Shown piece after piece: positions 20,307 through 30,073 of a stretch of DNA of 64,000 nt. Origin of the DNA: a virus; IMG/VR virus record IMGVR_UViG_3300034062_003747, positions 13,826 through 77,825 of that record, one strand, 5' to 3'. The notes beneath the pieces were generated by a model. It was not told where the DNA came from and ran no database searches. It worked only from the letters and a program-made list of their open reading frames with translations. A program made the position numbers and the translations under genes. Numbering within the stretch: the stretch's first letter is position 1; each line of letters begins with the position of its first letter.

Positions 20307-21575
20307 TTATTCAGTAAAATTTAAAGTTGATTTGAATTTTTCCAATCTACCTTTAATATCGTTAAATGTACCTCTATTTTCAGGACCAGTTGCAGTCGGA
20401 CCAGAAGGGGTTTTAAATATTTGTGCATTAATTGCATCAATAAGTTCTCCCAATAATCCTTGTAAGGTTTCTCCCCTTACTAATGGTTCGGCATCACTTT
20501 CGGTATTAAGATATATCTGTCCTTTACCACCTAAAATGTAAGTATTGTTATCATTTGTAGTAACCCTAACATCTCCATTAAAATCTAAGTCTGCACCAGC
20601 TTTACCATTATCAATTGACATTTTACCATCTGATATAAATCCATAATTTCCTTTTGAATAGAAAATCATTTCTTTAGATTTAGCAGATATTATAATTCTT
20701 TCGGAATTTACTAATAACTGGTCATTGCCTTTTAGTTCTGATGGGTATGATTCAAAATGAGTTGGTTTAGTTTCAAAATTTGAAGAACCACCATCATCTA
20801 TAATACCCGGTTGAAAATTTAATTTATAATCACCTGATGTAATTGCAATAGTTGTTCCATCTTTATTTACATCCTCTTCAGTCAGTTCACCTTTTTTAAG
20901 TTTACTAAGTGATTCACTATTTTGTCTATTTCTTAAAATAATAGTTGGTGCAAATTTTCTATCCGTACCTTCTCCATTATTATATCCACTAAAACGAATT
21001 GATTGACCAAAACGAGATTGAATTATTTTATCACCTTCATATAATTTTAGAGGATTAACTTGTTGTTCTTTAAAATATTTACCGATTTCTGTTTTTCTAT
21101 CATCCGTACCACCTCCACCACTTGGAGTACCGGTTGTATTTGCAGTATTATATTCAGTTGAACCTCCTGCTGCAGGTGGTTGTGTTTGGGGATAGGTTTT
21201 TACATCTATATCCGTTCTAGCATTACCAATATTAATATTTCCGGTAATAGTTCTTTTATAGTGTAATCTACCAGCAATATCTATAAGTTGAACCGTCTCA
21301 CCTACTAATGGTATACCCTCCTCTACGTTAAATGGAGGATATGCTTTATTTTTTTTAGTAGATGATGTAGCATCTCCCAATGGTCTAATTGCAGCAAATC
21401 CAATATTAGATGTGTTCTTTTGTTCTACCTGACTGAAATCATATTTAAGTAATAAATCACTTGTATCATCTAATATAATATCTACAACAATACCAGTTTC
21501 ACCTGCTCCATTAGAACCTGCTACGGAGTCAGAATTGAATCCACTATTTGATATACCTAATCTACTATTAGCCAT
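20307..21575 (-). CDS. Baseplate hub/spike protein (gp5/Gp138-like)
   Basis: N-terminal OB-like P.VGETV, EGD.IIQSRFGQSIRF, C-terminal PLVRGETL...TPSGPT. Confidence 0.55.
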   Translation of the reverse strand: MANSRLGISNSGFNSDSVAGSNGAGETGIVVDIILDDTSDLLLKYDFSQVEQKNTSNIGFAAIRPLGDATSSTKKNKAYPPFNVEEGIPLVGETVQLIDIAGRLHYKRTITGNINIGNARTDIDVKTYPQTQPPAAGGSTEYNTANTTGTPSGGGGTDDRKTEIGKYFKEQQVNPLKLYEGDKIIQSRFGQSIRFSGYNNGEGTDRKFAPTIILRNRQNSESLSKLKKGELTEEDVNKDGTTIAITSGDYKLNFQPGIIDDGGSSNFETKPTHFESYPSELKGNDQLLVNSERIIISAKSKEMIFYSKGNYGFISDGKMSIDNGKAGADLDFNGDVRVTTNDNNTYILGGKGQIYLNTESDAEPLVRGETLQGLLGELIDAINAQIFKTPSGPTATGPENRGTFNDIKGRLEKFKSTLNFTE

Positions 21576-21985
21576 TACTTCTTAATTTTTTGTTTTATCT
21601 CTTCTACTTCATTTGTCAATTCATCAACCTTAGCATCTTGTTCATCTTTTACCTCTAAGACAGTTATTTCAATTTCTCTTAATAATTGTTCTTTTTCAGC
21701 ATCAGATAAAAATCCAACATCTCCTTCAGATTTTGAATTTGCACTAATTATTCTTTGTGCAATTGCTGCAAGTTTTATTAGAGAATCATCATTCCTAACC
21801 GATACATCGACTAGGTCTTTTATGATTGGCCCAATAACTGCCATATCACCAGCGTGACGAATAATATTTTTCATTTCTGCTATTAATTCAGAAATTCTTT
21901 TTCTTTTGTTTTGTTGGTTATCATAGATGTCTTTAAACAATCCACTTAAATCCTTACCAGGAAATAACTCAAAATTTATACTCAT
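21575..21985 (-). CDS. Helical hypothetical protein (start reassigned to MSINFELF)
   Basis: The ORF-track N-terminal extension overlaps a late motif (22008-22016) and a terminator, so ATG 21985 is more plausible. Confidence 0.55.
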   Translation of the reverse strand: MSINFELFPGKDLSGLFKDIYDNQQNKRKRISELIAEMKNIIRHAGDMAVIGPIIKDLVDVSVRNDDSLIKLAAIAQRIISANSKSEGDVGFLSDAEKEQLLREIEITVLEVKDEQDAKVDELTNEVEEIKQKIKK

Positions 21986-22007
21986 ATTTTTATGATTAAG
22001 TTCATTA

Positions 22008-22016
22008 TATAAATAT
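22008..22016 (-). promoter_or_regulatory. Putative late promoter ATATTTATA
   Basis: Motif directly after the terminator at 22024-22051. Confidence 0.6.
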
Positions 22017-22023
22017 AAGGAAT

Positions 22024-22051
22024 AAAAAAACCCCATTTTAGTGGGGTTTTT
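22024..22051 (-). terminator. Intrinsic terminator
   Basis: AAAAACCCCA/TGGGGTTTTTTT hairpin with T-run. Confidence 0.75.
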
Positions 22052-22056
22052 CTTAT

Positions 22057-22161
22057 TTAAGATTTCTTTTTATAATTTCCTTTTTTCTGCTGTTCTGATA
22101 CTGTCTTTTTAGCAATTTTTTTTCGGTTCTTATCTTTTACCTCTTTTTTTGTGGTTGCCAT
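22057..22161 (-). CDS. 34-aa lysine-rich peptide (not in ORF track)
   Basis: MATTKKEVKDKNRKKIAKKTVSEQQKKGNYKKKS; fills the gap between the previous stop and the terminator. Confidence 0.5.
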   Translation of the reverse strand: MATTKKEVKDKNRKKIAKKTVSEQQKKGNYKKKS

Positions 22162-22165
22162 TGCG

Positions 22166-22993
22166 TTATTCCTTTTCTAGTTTGTTTATAATAATTTTTA
22201 TTTTAGGAGTATATCCTTTAGGTAGTTTATTGATAATTCCGTTAAAAGATTTGATTTTATGGTCGTAATAGTTTACCTCTAATATGGTTTCGGTTAAGTT
22301 CATTATAGTTTGAGATGATGTCCACATTTTAGGAGTATCCTTTCTCATATTCAATACACTATCTTTTTTAAAGAATTGTTTTCTTAATGCAATACCTACT
22401 TGTTTCCAATCGGTAATTTTATCAATTATCTTTTCAGCACTTAATTTTCTCATTTTAGAACTTAAATACTTTTTACCATCAGAATAACCCGTACCAACAT
22501 AAACATGCCCGTGATTTGTTCTAACAACTGGACTCTCCGTATTTTGTAATTCTAATTGAGGTTTAAGATTTGGTATATTTTCAACACTTACCATTTGTTT
22601 AGGGGTAGAAATAAATGTATGACCGGTTAATCCTTTTTTCTTGTTTCCTTTCCAAACTATTGTTGCTTTGATTGCTTCTTTAAGAGTTTTCTTTGAGAAT
22701 ATACTTCTCATCTTTGCACCATCTGCACCATACCCTCTCATATTTTGAATTAACTTTCCTTCCGCCTCATCGTATCCAACTAAAAGGGCTGAATTAACTA
22801 CTCCTAATCCATACTCGTTCATTCCCTCACTCCAATCAGTTACCTCATCGTGTAAATAGGCAACTTCAACTCCATCAATTAATTCGTGGATTACTTCTAA
22901 TTTAGGATGATACCCTCTATCGCGATTCTTTGCTAAAATAAATTTATCATCTATTTCTTTAGAAACTATAATACATTCTTGTATGATATTCAT
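22166..22993 (-). CDS. Ntn-hydrolase (Cys nucleophile, C45/C59/C69-like)
   Basis: C-IIV...LAKNRD, EGMNEYGL, RTNH, TSSQ. Confidence 0.7.
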   Translation of the reverse strand: MNIIQECIIVSKEIDDKFILAKNRDRGYHPKLEVIHELIDGVEVAYLHDEVTDWSEGMNEYGLGVVNSALLVGYDEAEGKLIQNMRGYGADGAKMRSIFSKKTLKEAIKATIVWKGNKKKGLTGHTFISTPKQMVSVENIPNLKPQLELQNTESPVVRTNHGHVYVGTGYSDGKKYLSSKMRKLSAEKIIDKITDWKQVGIALRKQFFKKDSVLNMRKDTPKMWTSSQTIMNLTETILEVNYYDHKIKSFNGIINKLPKGYTPKIKIIINKLEKE

Positions 22994-23041
22994 TTTAGGT
23001 GTTCGTATGAGTTGGTTACAAATCTCTATAATAAATATAGT

Positions 23042-23049
23042 TATAAATA
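23042..23049 (-). promoter_or_regulatory. Putative late promoter TATTTATA
   Basis: Motif adjacent to a terminator; second near-copy at 23030-23038. Confidence 0.5.
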
Positions 23050-23071
23050 AAAAAAGGAGATAAACTCCTTT
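23049..23071 (-). terminator. Intrinsic terminator
   Basis: AAAGGAG/CTCCTTT stem plus T-run after the carbamoyltransferase. Confidence 0.65.
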
Positions 23072-23086
23072 CTTATTAATTCTATT

Positions 23087-24802
23087 CTATTTTATTTTTT
23101 TCTTAACGATATAGTTGTTAAGAACTAAGGTATCCATATCACAATCTAAAAATGTATCTATTGCATCTTTGGGGGTGTTTACAATGGTCTTATCTTTGAC
23201 GTTGAATGATGTATTCAAAACAATTGGATACCCATTATCAATTTCTAATTGGTCAAGTAATTTGTGAATTCTATAATGTTGTTTACGGCTAATAGTTTGA
23301 ATTCTAGCAGAACCATCTATATGTGTAATTGCTGGTAACTTTTTTCTATGTTCTTCTTTTACACTCACTACTTGATTCATATATGGAACAGAGTGTTTAT
23401 AATCAAAATATTTTGTAAATACTTCTAGTTTTACTATTGGTGCAAAAGGTCTAAAACCTTCTCTCTTTTTAATTACCTTATTTACTCTTGCTTTCATTTG
23501 TGGGTCTCTAGGATTTGCAAGTATAGAACGATTACCTAATGCTCTTGAACCAAATTCCATTCTACCTTCATACCAACCAATAACATTACCATTTGTAATT
23601 TCTTTCGAAATAATTTCAATTAGTTCTGAGTGGTTTTTATATTCATACCAAACATCATCTTTAAAATTTTCTAATTCTGTTAAAAATTCATCATTTGATT
23701 GATATGGTCCTAAATATGGATTTGAATTATCCACTTTAGTTGCCGTTTGGTTATGTCTGTAATAATATTCTAATGCGGCACCAATAGATGAACCGGCATC
23801 AGATGGTGCAGGTGGAATCCATAATTGTTTATATCGGGTTTCTTTAAAAATCTTTCCGTTTGCAGTTCCATTATATGCACAACCACCACTCAAACACAAA
23901 TTGTTTGTTGCTTTAATAAAAAACATTTTATTTAATAGTTTAAAAAAATATTTTTCATATTGTGATTGAATTGTTGCTGCTAAATCTTTATGTTGTTGTG
24001 TTAACTCTTCTTCTGGTAATCTATTTGGAAACCCAAATAAATTTCCTAATTTTTCGTTAAACATTGCTGAATCCGAATAGTCGTATTCAAAATATTCCAT
24101 ATTAATTTCAAACCCATCATCGTCTGTTGGTTTAATTAAATTTGAATATTGTTCAGAATATATTTCAGAATTACCATATCCTGCTAATCCCATTACCTTA
24201 TATTCACCTTCGTTTGGTTTAAATCCTAAAAAAGCAGTCATAGCAGAATATAACATTCCTAATGAATGTGGAAACTTTATACTTTGCATTTTAATAATTA
24301 AGTTTTGTTCCGCATAAGCCATAACTACTGTATCCCATTCTCCCACCCCATCGACTGATATAATTGCTGTTTTATCAAATGGTGATGTATAATATGAATA
24401 TGCTATATGTGACATATGATGGTCACCATATTCTAAGATTATAGTTGGATTCGTAATCTCATATATTTTAGATTCAATTTCTTTAGCCTGTTGTTTATTT
24501 GAATCAATAATAGTTTTTCGTTTGAAGAAATTAATTAATCCGCCTCGTTTAGTAGATTCTTCAATTCGTTGTAATTTTATTTTCGGGTTTTCATAAAATG
24601 CAACTACTGATATATCATCACCAGTAATATTATTGACATCATATAACCATTTAATTGCATTGGATGGAAATGAGGCATCATGTTTAATACCTGTAAATCT
24701 TTCTTCCTCTACCGCACCAATAACTTTTCCATCTAATATTAATGCAGCAGATGCATCGTGATAACCACATGCAATGCCTAAAATATATTTTTTATTCATC
24801 AT
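23087..24802 (-). CDS. Carbamoyltransferase (NodU/CmcH family)
   Basis: HDASAAL, EEERF, HHMSH, DGVGE, EYKVMGLA, GGCAYNG, EFGSRALGNRS, KKREGFRPFAP, LNTSFN. Confidence 0.92.
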   Translation of the reverse strand: MMNKKYILGIACGYHDASAALILDGKVIGAVEEERFTGIKHDASFPSNAIKWLYDVNNITGDDISVVAFYENPKIKLQRIEESTKRGGLINFFKRKTIIDSNKQQAKEIESKIYEITNPTIILEYGDHHMSHIAYSYYTSPFDKTAIISVDGVGEWDTVVMAYAEQNLIIKMQSIKFPHSLGMLYSAMTAFLGFKPNEGEYKVMGLAGYGNSEIYSEQYSNLIKPTDDDGFEINMEYFEYDYSDSAMFNEKLGNLFGFPNRLPEEELTQQHKDLAATIQSQYEKYFFKLLNKMFFIKATNNLCLSGGCAYNGTANGKIFKETRYKQLWIPPAPSDAGSSIGAALEYYYRHNQTATKVDNSNPYLGPYQSNDEFLTELENFKDDVWYEYKNHSELIEIISKEITNGNVIGWYEGRMEFGSRALGNRSILANPRDPQMKARVNKVIKKREGFRPFAPIVKLEVFTKYFDYKHSVPYMNQVVSVKEEHRKKLPAITHIDGSARIQTISRKQHYRIHKLLDQLEIDNGYPIVLNTSFNVKDKTIVNTPKDAIDTFLDCDMDTLVLNNYIVKKKIK

Positions 24803-25553
24803 CTATATCATCTTCAGTTAAATCAATATTTGACATATCAACCCAAAATGGTTCTTTTTTAATTGTAAAATCTCCTGTTTCTAAATAATCGTTTAACATT
24901 TTTTTCTGATGTTGTTTCATCACATTTACAACTTTTGTAATATAGTGAGTTTTACAATCAGTCATTTCTCGTATGAGTAGGTATAAATGCTTTTTATTAA
25001 AATTTTCTATAAATTCACTTCTACGAAATAACTCTAATACTGCATCAGCAATTTGTATATCTCTTTTTTTATTAAAAATAGTAGTAAGATGTTTATCCCA
25101 ATACATTAACATTAGGTCTTTAAATTCTCTAAATTCACTACCCTCTTCTACTTCATAAAAATCATTGGATGGATTCCAACTTTCTGGCATATCAGATATT
25201 AAAGCGTTTTGTTTCCAACGTTTATAATTACCATTATTTTTTAAGATTAAATGATTCTTTGCAATAATAGTGAAATAGGAGAATGCACGACCTTTACCTT
25301 CTTGAAACATGTGCATTTTTTCTACTAATGTTGAAACTACTTCGGTTTGAATATCTTTTTTAGATACATCAAAATAAGAAAATTTAAAAGTGTTTAAAAC
25401 ATTTTCTGCTAATTTTTCAAAAGGTGCTTTAATTCTTTCTTCGTAAATTTTACTTCTTTCAACTGGATTTTTTGATTTGTTATATTCGATTATTGCTTCT
25501 TGCGCAGGTGCACCGAAATATATTTTTGATTTTGGTTTTCTTTGTTTTGCCAT
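24792..25553 (-). CDS. Late sigma factor (T4 gp55-like)
   Basis: F.EGKGRAFSYFTIIAKN resembles the sigma region-2 motif NPFAYFTQI of gp55; acidic C-terminus. Confidence 0.6.
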   Translation of the reverse strand: MAKQRKPKSKIYFGAPAQEAIIEYNKSKNPVERSKIYEERIKAPFEKLAENVLNTFKFSYFDVSKKDIQTEVVSTLVEKMHMFQEGKGRAFSYFTIIAKNHLILKNNGNYKRWKQNALISDMPESWNPSNDFYEVEEGSEFREFKDLMLMYWDKHLTTIFNKKRDIQIADAVLELFRRSEFIENFNKKHLYLLIREMTDCKTHYITKVVNVMKQHQKKMLNDYLETGDFTIKKEPFWVDMSNIDLTEDDIDDE

Positions 25554-25560
25554 TTGGTAA

Positions 25561-25824
25561 TTATAATATTTCGTTTAGATTTTCAACAATAGTTTTTAAT
25601 TCGGTAAAGGTAGCACCAACTTCATCATCGGATTCAAATGAACCACGAGAATCTATATTCCTTAAATTTTCTAATGCGTTAGATACTTTAACTTTAACTT
25701 CTAATGTAGTTTCAATAATGGTGTCTTCCAATTCTTCAGTTTGTTTCAGTAAATTGAATATACTGATAATAAATGTTATATTTAACACTATTGAAATCAA
25801 TAAAATGATGTAAATGTATGTCAT
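25561..25824 (-). CDS. Small membrane-anchored protein
   Basis: N-terminal hydrophobic helix followed by coiled coil. Confidence 0.55.
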   Translation of the reverse strand: MTYIYIILLISIVLNITFIISIFNLLKQTEELEDTIIETTLEVKVKVSNALENLRNIDSRGSFESDDEVGATFTELKTIVENLNEIL

Positions 25825-25833
25825 AGTTTGTTT

Positions 25834-26088
25834 TTATGCTTCACCCATTGGTCCGTAATAGATTCCTAACTTAGAATCATCATCGGATGTTTGAGTATTT
25901 GCTTTTTTTATATTATTTTCTAATTGTTTTATTTTTAATTGAACTCTTTCATACCATTCTTTTTCTGATAGTATACCTTTATCTATTAAAAGATTTACAA
26001 GGGCATCAATTACAATACTATGATTTAAAGTATGTTGTTCTATCTGTTGAAGAATCAATTTCTTCTGCTCCTTTTTGGTTAATTTCAT
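25834..26088 (-). CDS. Hypothetical protein
   Basis: 84-aa ORF in operon. Confidence 0.5.
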   Translation of the reverse strand: MKLTKKEQKKLILQQIEQHTLNHSIVIDALVNLLIDKGILSEKEWYERVQLKIKQLENNIKKANTQTSDDDSKLGIYYGPMGEA

Positions 26089-26308
26089 TTATTAAATCTT
26101 TTATAGTAAAATTATTAGTTTCATCTAAATTACCAAATGCTTTTTTAATCGATTCTTCATGATAACCCAATGCAGATGCTAATCTTGCACATATAGTTTT
26201 AAATTCAAAAATATTCAATTCATCTGGTATTGTAAATTCTATTTCGGATGCTTCTCTTGCATGTTCAATGTAATCATCATCGGTGTACTTAAATATTAGT
26301 TTGGCCAT
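26018..26308 (-). CDS. Hypothetical protein
   Basis: 96-aa ORF overlapping the next gene. Confidence 0.5.
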   Translation of the reverse strand: MAKLIFKYTDDDYIEHAREASEIEFTIPDELNIFEFKTICARLASALGYHEESIKKAFGNLDETNNFTIKDLINEINQKGAEEIDSSTDRTTYFKS

Positions 26309-26318
26309 TTTATTGTTT

Positions 26319-27272
26319 TTAGTTTCTATTTATTTTTTTTGTAATATCTCTTGTATATTTGTTGTCGTGGAAAAAACTATCAAATAACGATTCGTTTTTT
26401 ATATATCCATCCGTACACATTAAATCAAACATATAATCAGCGTTTGCTTTAGATACGATTTCAGTTGAATTAAACATATCTAATATAAATTTTTTAATTC
26501 CATTTATTATTTCATTTTTTTTATCAAAATGAGTTTGATTCTCACCCGGTTGTTCATTTATGAATTCACCATTTATAATATCAATATAAGTGCCAACTTT
26601 ATCAGTTAATACTGATTCTAAAAATATTATATTATCTTTTAATTTATGGGTTTCAAAATCATAAAAACCTTTTACATCATCTAATAGGGGGTTTCCTTTA
26701 TAAGTAATGTATCTACCTTTAAATTTTAATCCATATGTTTTTTCTATATTATATTGAGTAGTTCCTTGATAACCAGTATCAACCATCAATAGGTTTTGAG
26801 AATTTCCTATAACCTCTAATATATATTTTTTATACTCATCTCGTGTTCTTTTAGCTTTTTGTATTATTTCTGTTAAATACAAATCTAAATTTGGTAAATT
26901 TACATTACTATCTACCATTGTATCATTTTCAATAGGTGGAGTTATACCAAATCTATCTTTTAACAAATTAGATAATTTTCCATTATATCTATGCAAATCA
27001 AATGTCCTAAATACATCGGCCGTGTTAAAAATTGAAACTATTGTTGATAATGTACGCGATGTTTTAAAATATACTGAGGGTGGTAGTTCATATTTCTCTC
27101 TAAATAATTCGTATATTTCTTGTAAAAATAATCCTTCTCTTGAATTAAAAAGGATTTTATCACTATTACCAATTTCACTTTTTAACCAATCAAAATAATT
27201 GAATAGTAATGGGCCAAAATAATTATAACCTAATTTTTCTAATGATTTTGTATGATTGTCTATTTCTGTCAT
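26319..27272 (-). CDS. HAD-associated / PRT-like domain protein of polysaccharide-locus type
   Basis: LGY..FGPLL, FNSREG, SR, MVDTGYQGTTQ. Confidence 0.5.
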   Translation of the reverse strand: MTEIDNHTKSLEKLGYNYFGPLLFNYFDWLKSEIGNSDKILFNSREGLFLQEIYELFREKYELPPSVYFKTSRTLSTIVSIFNTADVFRTFDLHRYNGKLSNLLKDRFGITPPIENDTMVDSNVNLPNLDLYLTEIIQKAKRTRDEYKKYILEVIGNSQNLLMVDTGYQGTTQYNIEKTYGLKFKGRYITYKGNPLLDDVKGFYDFETHKLKDNIIFLESVLTDKVGTYIDIINGEFINEQPGENQTHFDKKNEIINGIKKFILDMFNSTEIVSKANADYMFDLMCTDGYIKNESLFDSFFHDNKYTRDITKKINRN

Positions 27273-27709
27273 TATATTACAAAAACTTTAAAAGAGGTTA
27301 TTCCTAATTCAACCCAAACATCTATTACTCGTTGGTCATCATCATACGCACAAAATACATTTTCTTTTATTTTGGTTTCATATATTTTTCTTTTAAAAAC
27401 AGGTGCCTTTAAAAAGTTATCTTCCCAACTTCTCATATACAAATTATCGTATGGTATGTTATATTTTTCTAACCACTCTTTTGTAACCTTCCTTGTTGAT
27501 TCTGGTCTACCGGTTAATACAATAACTTCAAACCCATTTTCTTTATAATTCTTTGCCAATTCAATCATTGGTAGATTTGGTTTGTCTTTTATAAGGTTTT
27601 CGGATGAATGTACAATATCCCAGTCGAGTTTCCCATTTTCTTTTTCCGCTAATTTAAATCTATCATTAGCTATTGACAATGTATTATCTATATCAATTAT
27701 TATTTTCAT
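27272..27709 (-). CDS. HAD phosphatase (T4 PNKP 3'-phosphatase-like)
   Basis: DIDNTL, LTGR, LYMR, FK, YDDD..VIDVW. Confidence 0.8.
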   Translation of the reverse strand: MKIIIDIDNTLSIANDRFKLAEKENGKLDWDIVHSSENLIKDKPNLPMIELAKNYKENGFEVIVLTGRPESTRKVTKEWLEKYNIPYDNLYMRSWEDNFLKAPVFKRKIYETKIKENVFCAYDDDQRVIDVWVELGITSFKVFVI

Positions 27710-28905
27710 AATTCTCTTATACCTTGTTTTTCATAACTTACTGGCACTTTAATTCCCGTGTTACATCCATTACAATTATCACAAAATGTAATATATCCTA
27801 AATCCGTATAACCTAAATCAAATTTAATTAATTCTTCATTTGATATGTTATTTAAAGTAACAAAATCATTATCACTTAAAGGAAATAAGTTTGTTCTAAC
27901 TGCTGAGGTATTAAGATGACAATAATAAAACTTACCATCATTTAATCCTCTAAATGGTGCTGTGCAACTATCAAAGTGTTTAATTAACTTATCTATTTCT
28001 AAATTCTTTTTAACTCTTAAATCTCCAAAATCATACCACTCTATTTCATTTCTAACATAATGTTTAATCCCATAGTTTTTATATTCCTCAATGGTACGCA
28101 TAACTTTATTTTTAAGTTTAGGTAATTTATCCGAATAATCACTTATACTTAAAATAACATCACTATCTTTTAATAATTGAAGAATACTTTCTTTTGGAGT
28201 AACTGTGCCATTAGTAGTGATTATAAGTTTATCTAATTTATCTATATGGTTTAATAAGATATGTTGGATTATATTTTCAATATCTGGGTGTAGGAAGGGT
28301 TCCCCACCAACTAAATGAAACACACTTACAAAATCTACAACTTTAAAATATGAATCTATATCGGTTATAATAGTTGATAAATTTCTATGATTTGGGTTAT
28401 CATAATGTGGTATAAACATATTACAATGCGAACACGCTAAATTACACCTTTCAGTTACTAATACATCCGTTTGAAATATATGAACTAAATTCTTATACAT
28501 CAATGGCCAAATTCCTGCTATATGTTTGTATGTAGTATGGGTTACATTACATTCATCCAAATACTTTATATAACGTTGTCTATATTCATCCGTTGTAATA
28601 ATAACTTTCTCATTACCATTAAACTCATCTATATGAATTAATTTTATATTCTTTCTATCACTCTTATATTGCTTGGATTCGCGATAATAAGAACTAATTT
28701 CATTCAAATTATTTATAATCGTACTACTTTTTACATCGTGGTCAACAATATATTTTATTTTTAATCTACCACTTCCAAGCAAAAAATCCATACTCCTAAT
28801 AAATTGGACACATTCTTTACTTGCACCAAATAAAACATATTCAGTTTCAATATCCCAATTAGATATAAATTGTTTAAAATTATGTAATTCTGGATTATAA
28901 ATCAT
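27706..28905 (-). CDS. Radical SAM protein
   Basis: CNLACSHC, VGGEPFLH, TTNGT, C-terminal Cys cluster. Confidence 0.85.
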   Translation of the reverse strand: MIYNPELHNFKQFISNWDIETEYVLFGASKECVQFIRSMDFLLGSGRLKIKYIVDHDVKSSTIINNLNEISSYYRESKQYKSDRKNIKLIHIDEFNGNEKVIITTDEYRQRYIKYLDECNVTHTTYKHIAGIWPLMYKNLVHIFQTDVLVTERCNLACSHCNMFIPHYDNPNHRNLSTIITDIDSYFKVVDFVSVFHLVGGEPFLHPDIENIIQHILLNHIDKLDKLIITTNGTVTPKESILQLLKDSDVILSISDYSDKLPKLKNKVMRTIEEYKNYGIKHYVRNEIEWYDFGDLRVKKNLEIDKLIKHFDSCTAPFRGLNDGKFYYCHLNTSAVRTNLFPLSDNDFVTLNNISNEELIKFDLGYTDLGYITFCDNCNGCNTGIKVPVSYEKQGIREL

Positions 28906-28912
28906 AATTTAC

Positions 28913-29530
28913 TTATAGGATTTTTCCTCCTTGTTCAATTAAACTTTGTGCTTTTTTATATTTCACAAATTCAGTAGTACCATCTTTTAATTGAACCATT
29001 ACCATTTCATTTCTACCATAAGTTTTTGGTGCAGTATAAGTTGTTGAATATCTGCGATTTGGATTTGTAATTAGAATTCCATTTAAGTGGTCTATTTCAT
29101 GTTGTGCAACAACACATTCCATCAATCCTAAATCATTAAAAAATTCTTCAGAATCTTTCCAATCACCCAACTCATTATCGGGTGAAAATACAACCGTCCC
29201 TAAGTTATCACATTCGACCGTAATCTTCTTTGCACGGATTGTTTTAACCGGACTCTTCATTGTTTTATCAATTGATAAACATTGTTCTACATATGCAACT
29301 GAATCCTGTGAGTATTCTACAATCTTTGGATTGATTAATACTAATGGGTCTTTTACATTAATTATACATGCTCTCACATCTAATCCTAATTGATTAGCAG
29401 ATAAACCAATACCACCAAATTTAACTAACCCACTCGCTAATATTGTAGAAATAGATTCTATATCAGCAGGTGTGAATTTTGTTTCACTAATTGGTTTTGA
29501 TAATTTTAATTTGTCTTTTATTATGTTCAT
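28913..29530 (-). CDS. def: Peptide deformylase
   Basis: GIGLSANQLG, EQCLS, QHEIDHLNG. Confidence 0.88.
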   Translation of the reverse strand: MNIIKDKLKLSKPISETKFTPADIESISTILASGLVKFGGIGLSANQLGLDVRACIINVKDPLVLINPKIVEYSQDSVAYVEQCLSIDKTMKSPVKTIRAKKITVECDNLGTVVFSPDNELGDWKDSEEFFNDLGLMECVVAQHEIDHLNGILITNPNRRYSTTYTAPKTYGRNEMVMVQLKDGTTEFVKYKKAQSLIEQGGKIL

Positions 29531-29535
29531 TTTAA

Positions 29536-29751
29536 TTATTTTCTTAATGGATTATATGGATTTATATAATTTGGTTTAAAGTATTCATCAGTATATTCTA
29601 ACTCATCTGGAAATATAGATAATTGTTTACCATATTCATTTTTAGGTTCTACTAATTTGTTTGCTAACTTTCTAACTTTCTCACCCAATTCATAATTGTT
29701 TGGTGTTTCGTTTATTAATGAAAGTGGAATTTCAATTGTTAATTTATTCAT
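29536..29751 (-). CDS. Hypothetical protein
   Basis: 71-aa ORF, first gene after the promoter at 29778-29809. Confidence 0.55.
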   Translation of the reverse strand: MNKLTIEIPLSLINETPNNYELGEKVRKLANKLVEPKNEYGKQLSIFPDELEYTDEYFKPNYINPYNPLRK

Positions 29752-29777
29752 ACTATTTATTTTAAAATATTATCTTA

Positions 29778-29809
29778 CAAAGATACAACATTTTTTTGAT
29801 AAAACCAAA
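29778..29809 (-). promoter_or_regulatory. Bacteroidota-type sigma promoter
   Basis: TTTGG...TGTATCTTTG, 32-bp unit. Confidence 0.72.
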
Positions 29810-29818
29810 TGTTTTTCA

Positions 29819-30064
29819 TTATTTGAATTTAGATAATGTTTTTTCGTTACTTTTTGTCTTTGCTTTCTTTGCCTCTTTGGTTTGAGTTTGTATTAATTTC
29901 ATTCGTTGTGTCCAAGCGGGTTTGTATTTATATTCAACTGATATTGGGCCGTTAGGGAATTTAGTTTTATCGTATTTCCAAACAGATATACATTCATCAT
30001 CTTCAAATGTGTGTTCGAATTTTAATGGTTTATCTTTTACGGATGGTTCTGGTTTCTTTGCCAT
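29819..30064 (-). CDS. Hypothetical protein
   Basis: 81-aa basic ORF. Confidence 0.55.
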   Translation of the reverse strand: MAKKPEPSVKDKPLKFEHTFEDDECISVWKYDKTKFPNGPISVEYKYKPAWTQRMKLIQTQTKEAKKAKTKSNEKTLSKFK

Positions 30065-30073
30065 ATAGTAAAT

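Noticed and set aside
21986-22036. N-terminal extension MGFFYSLYLYNELNHKN
   Set aside because: Overlaps a terminator and late promoter motif; ATG 21985 preferred
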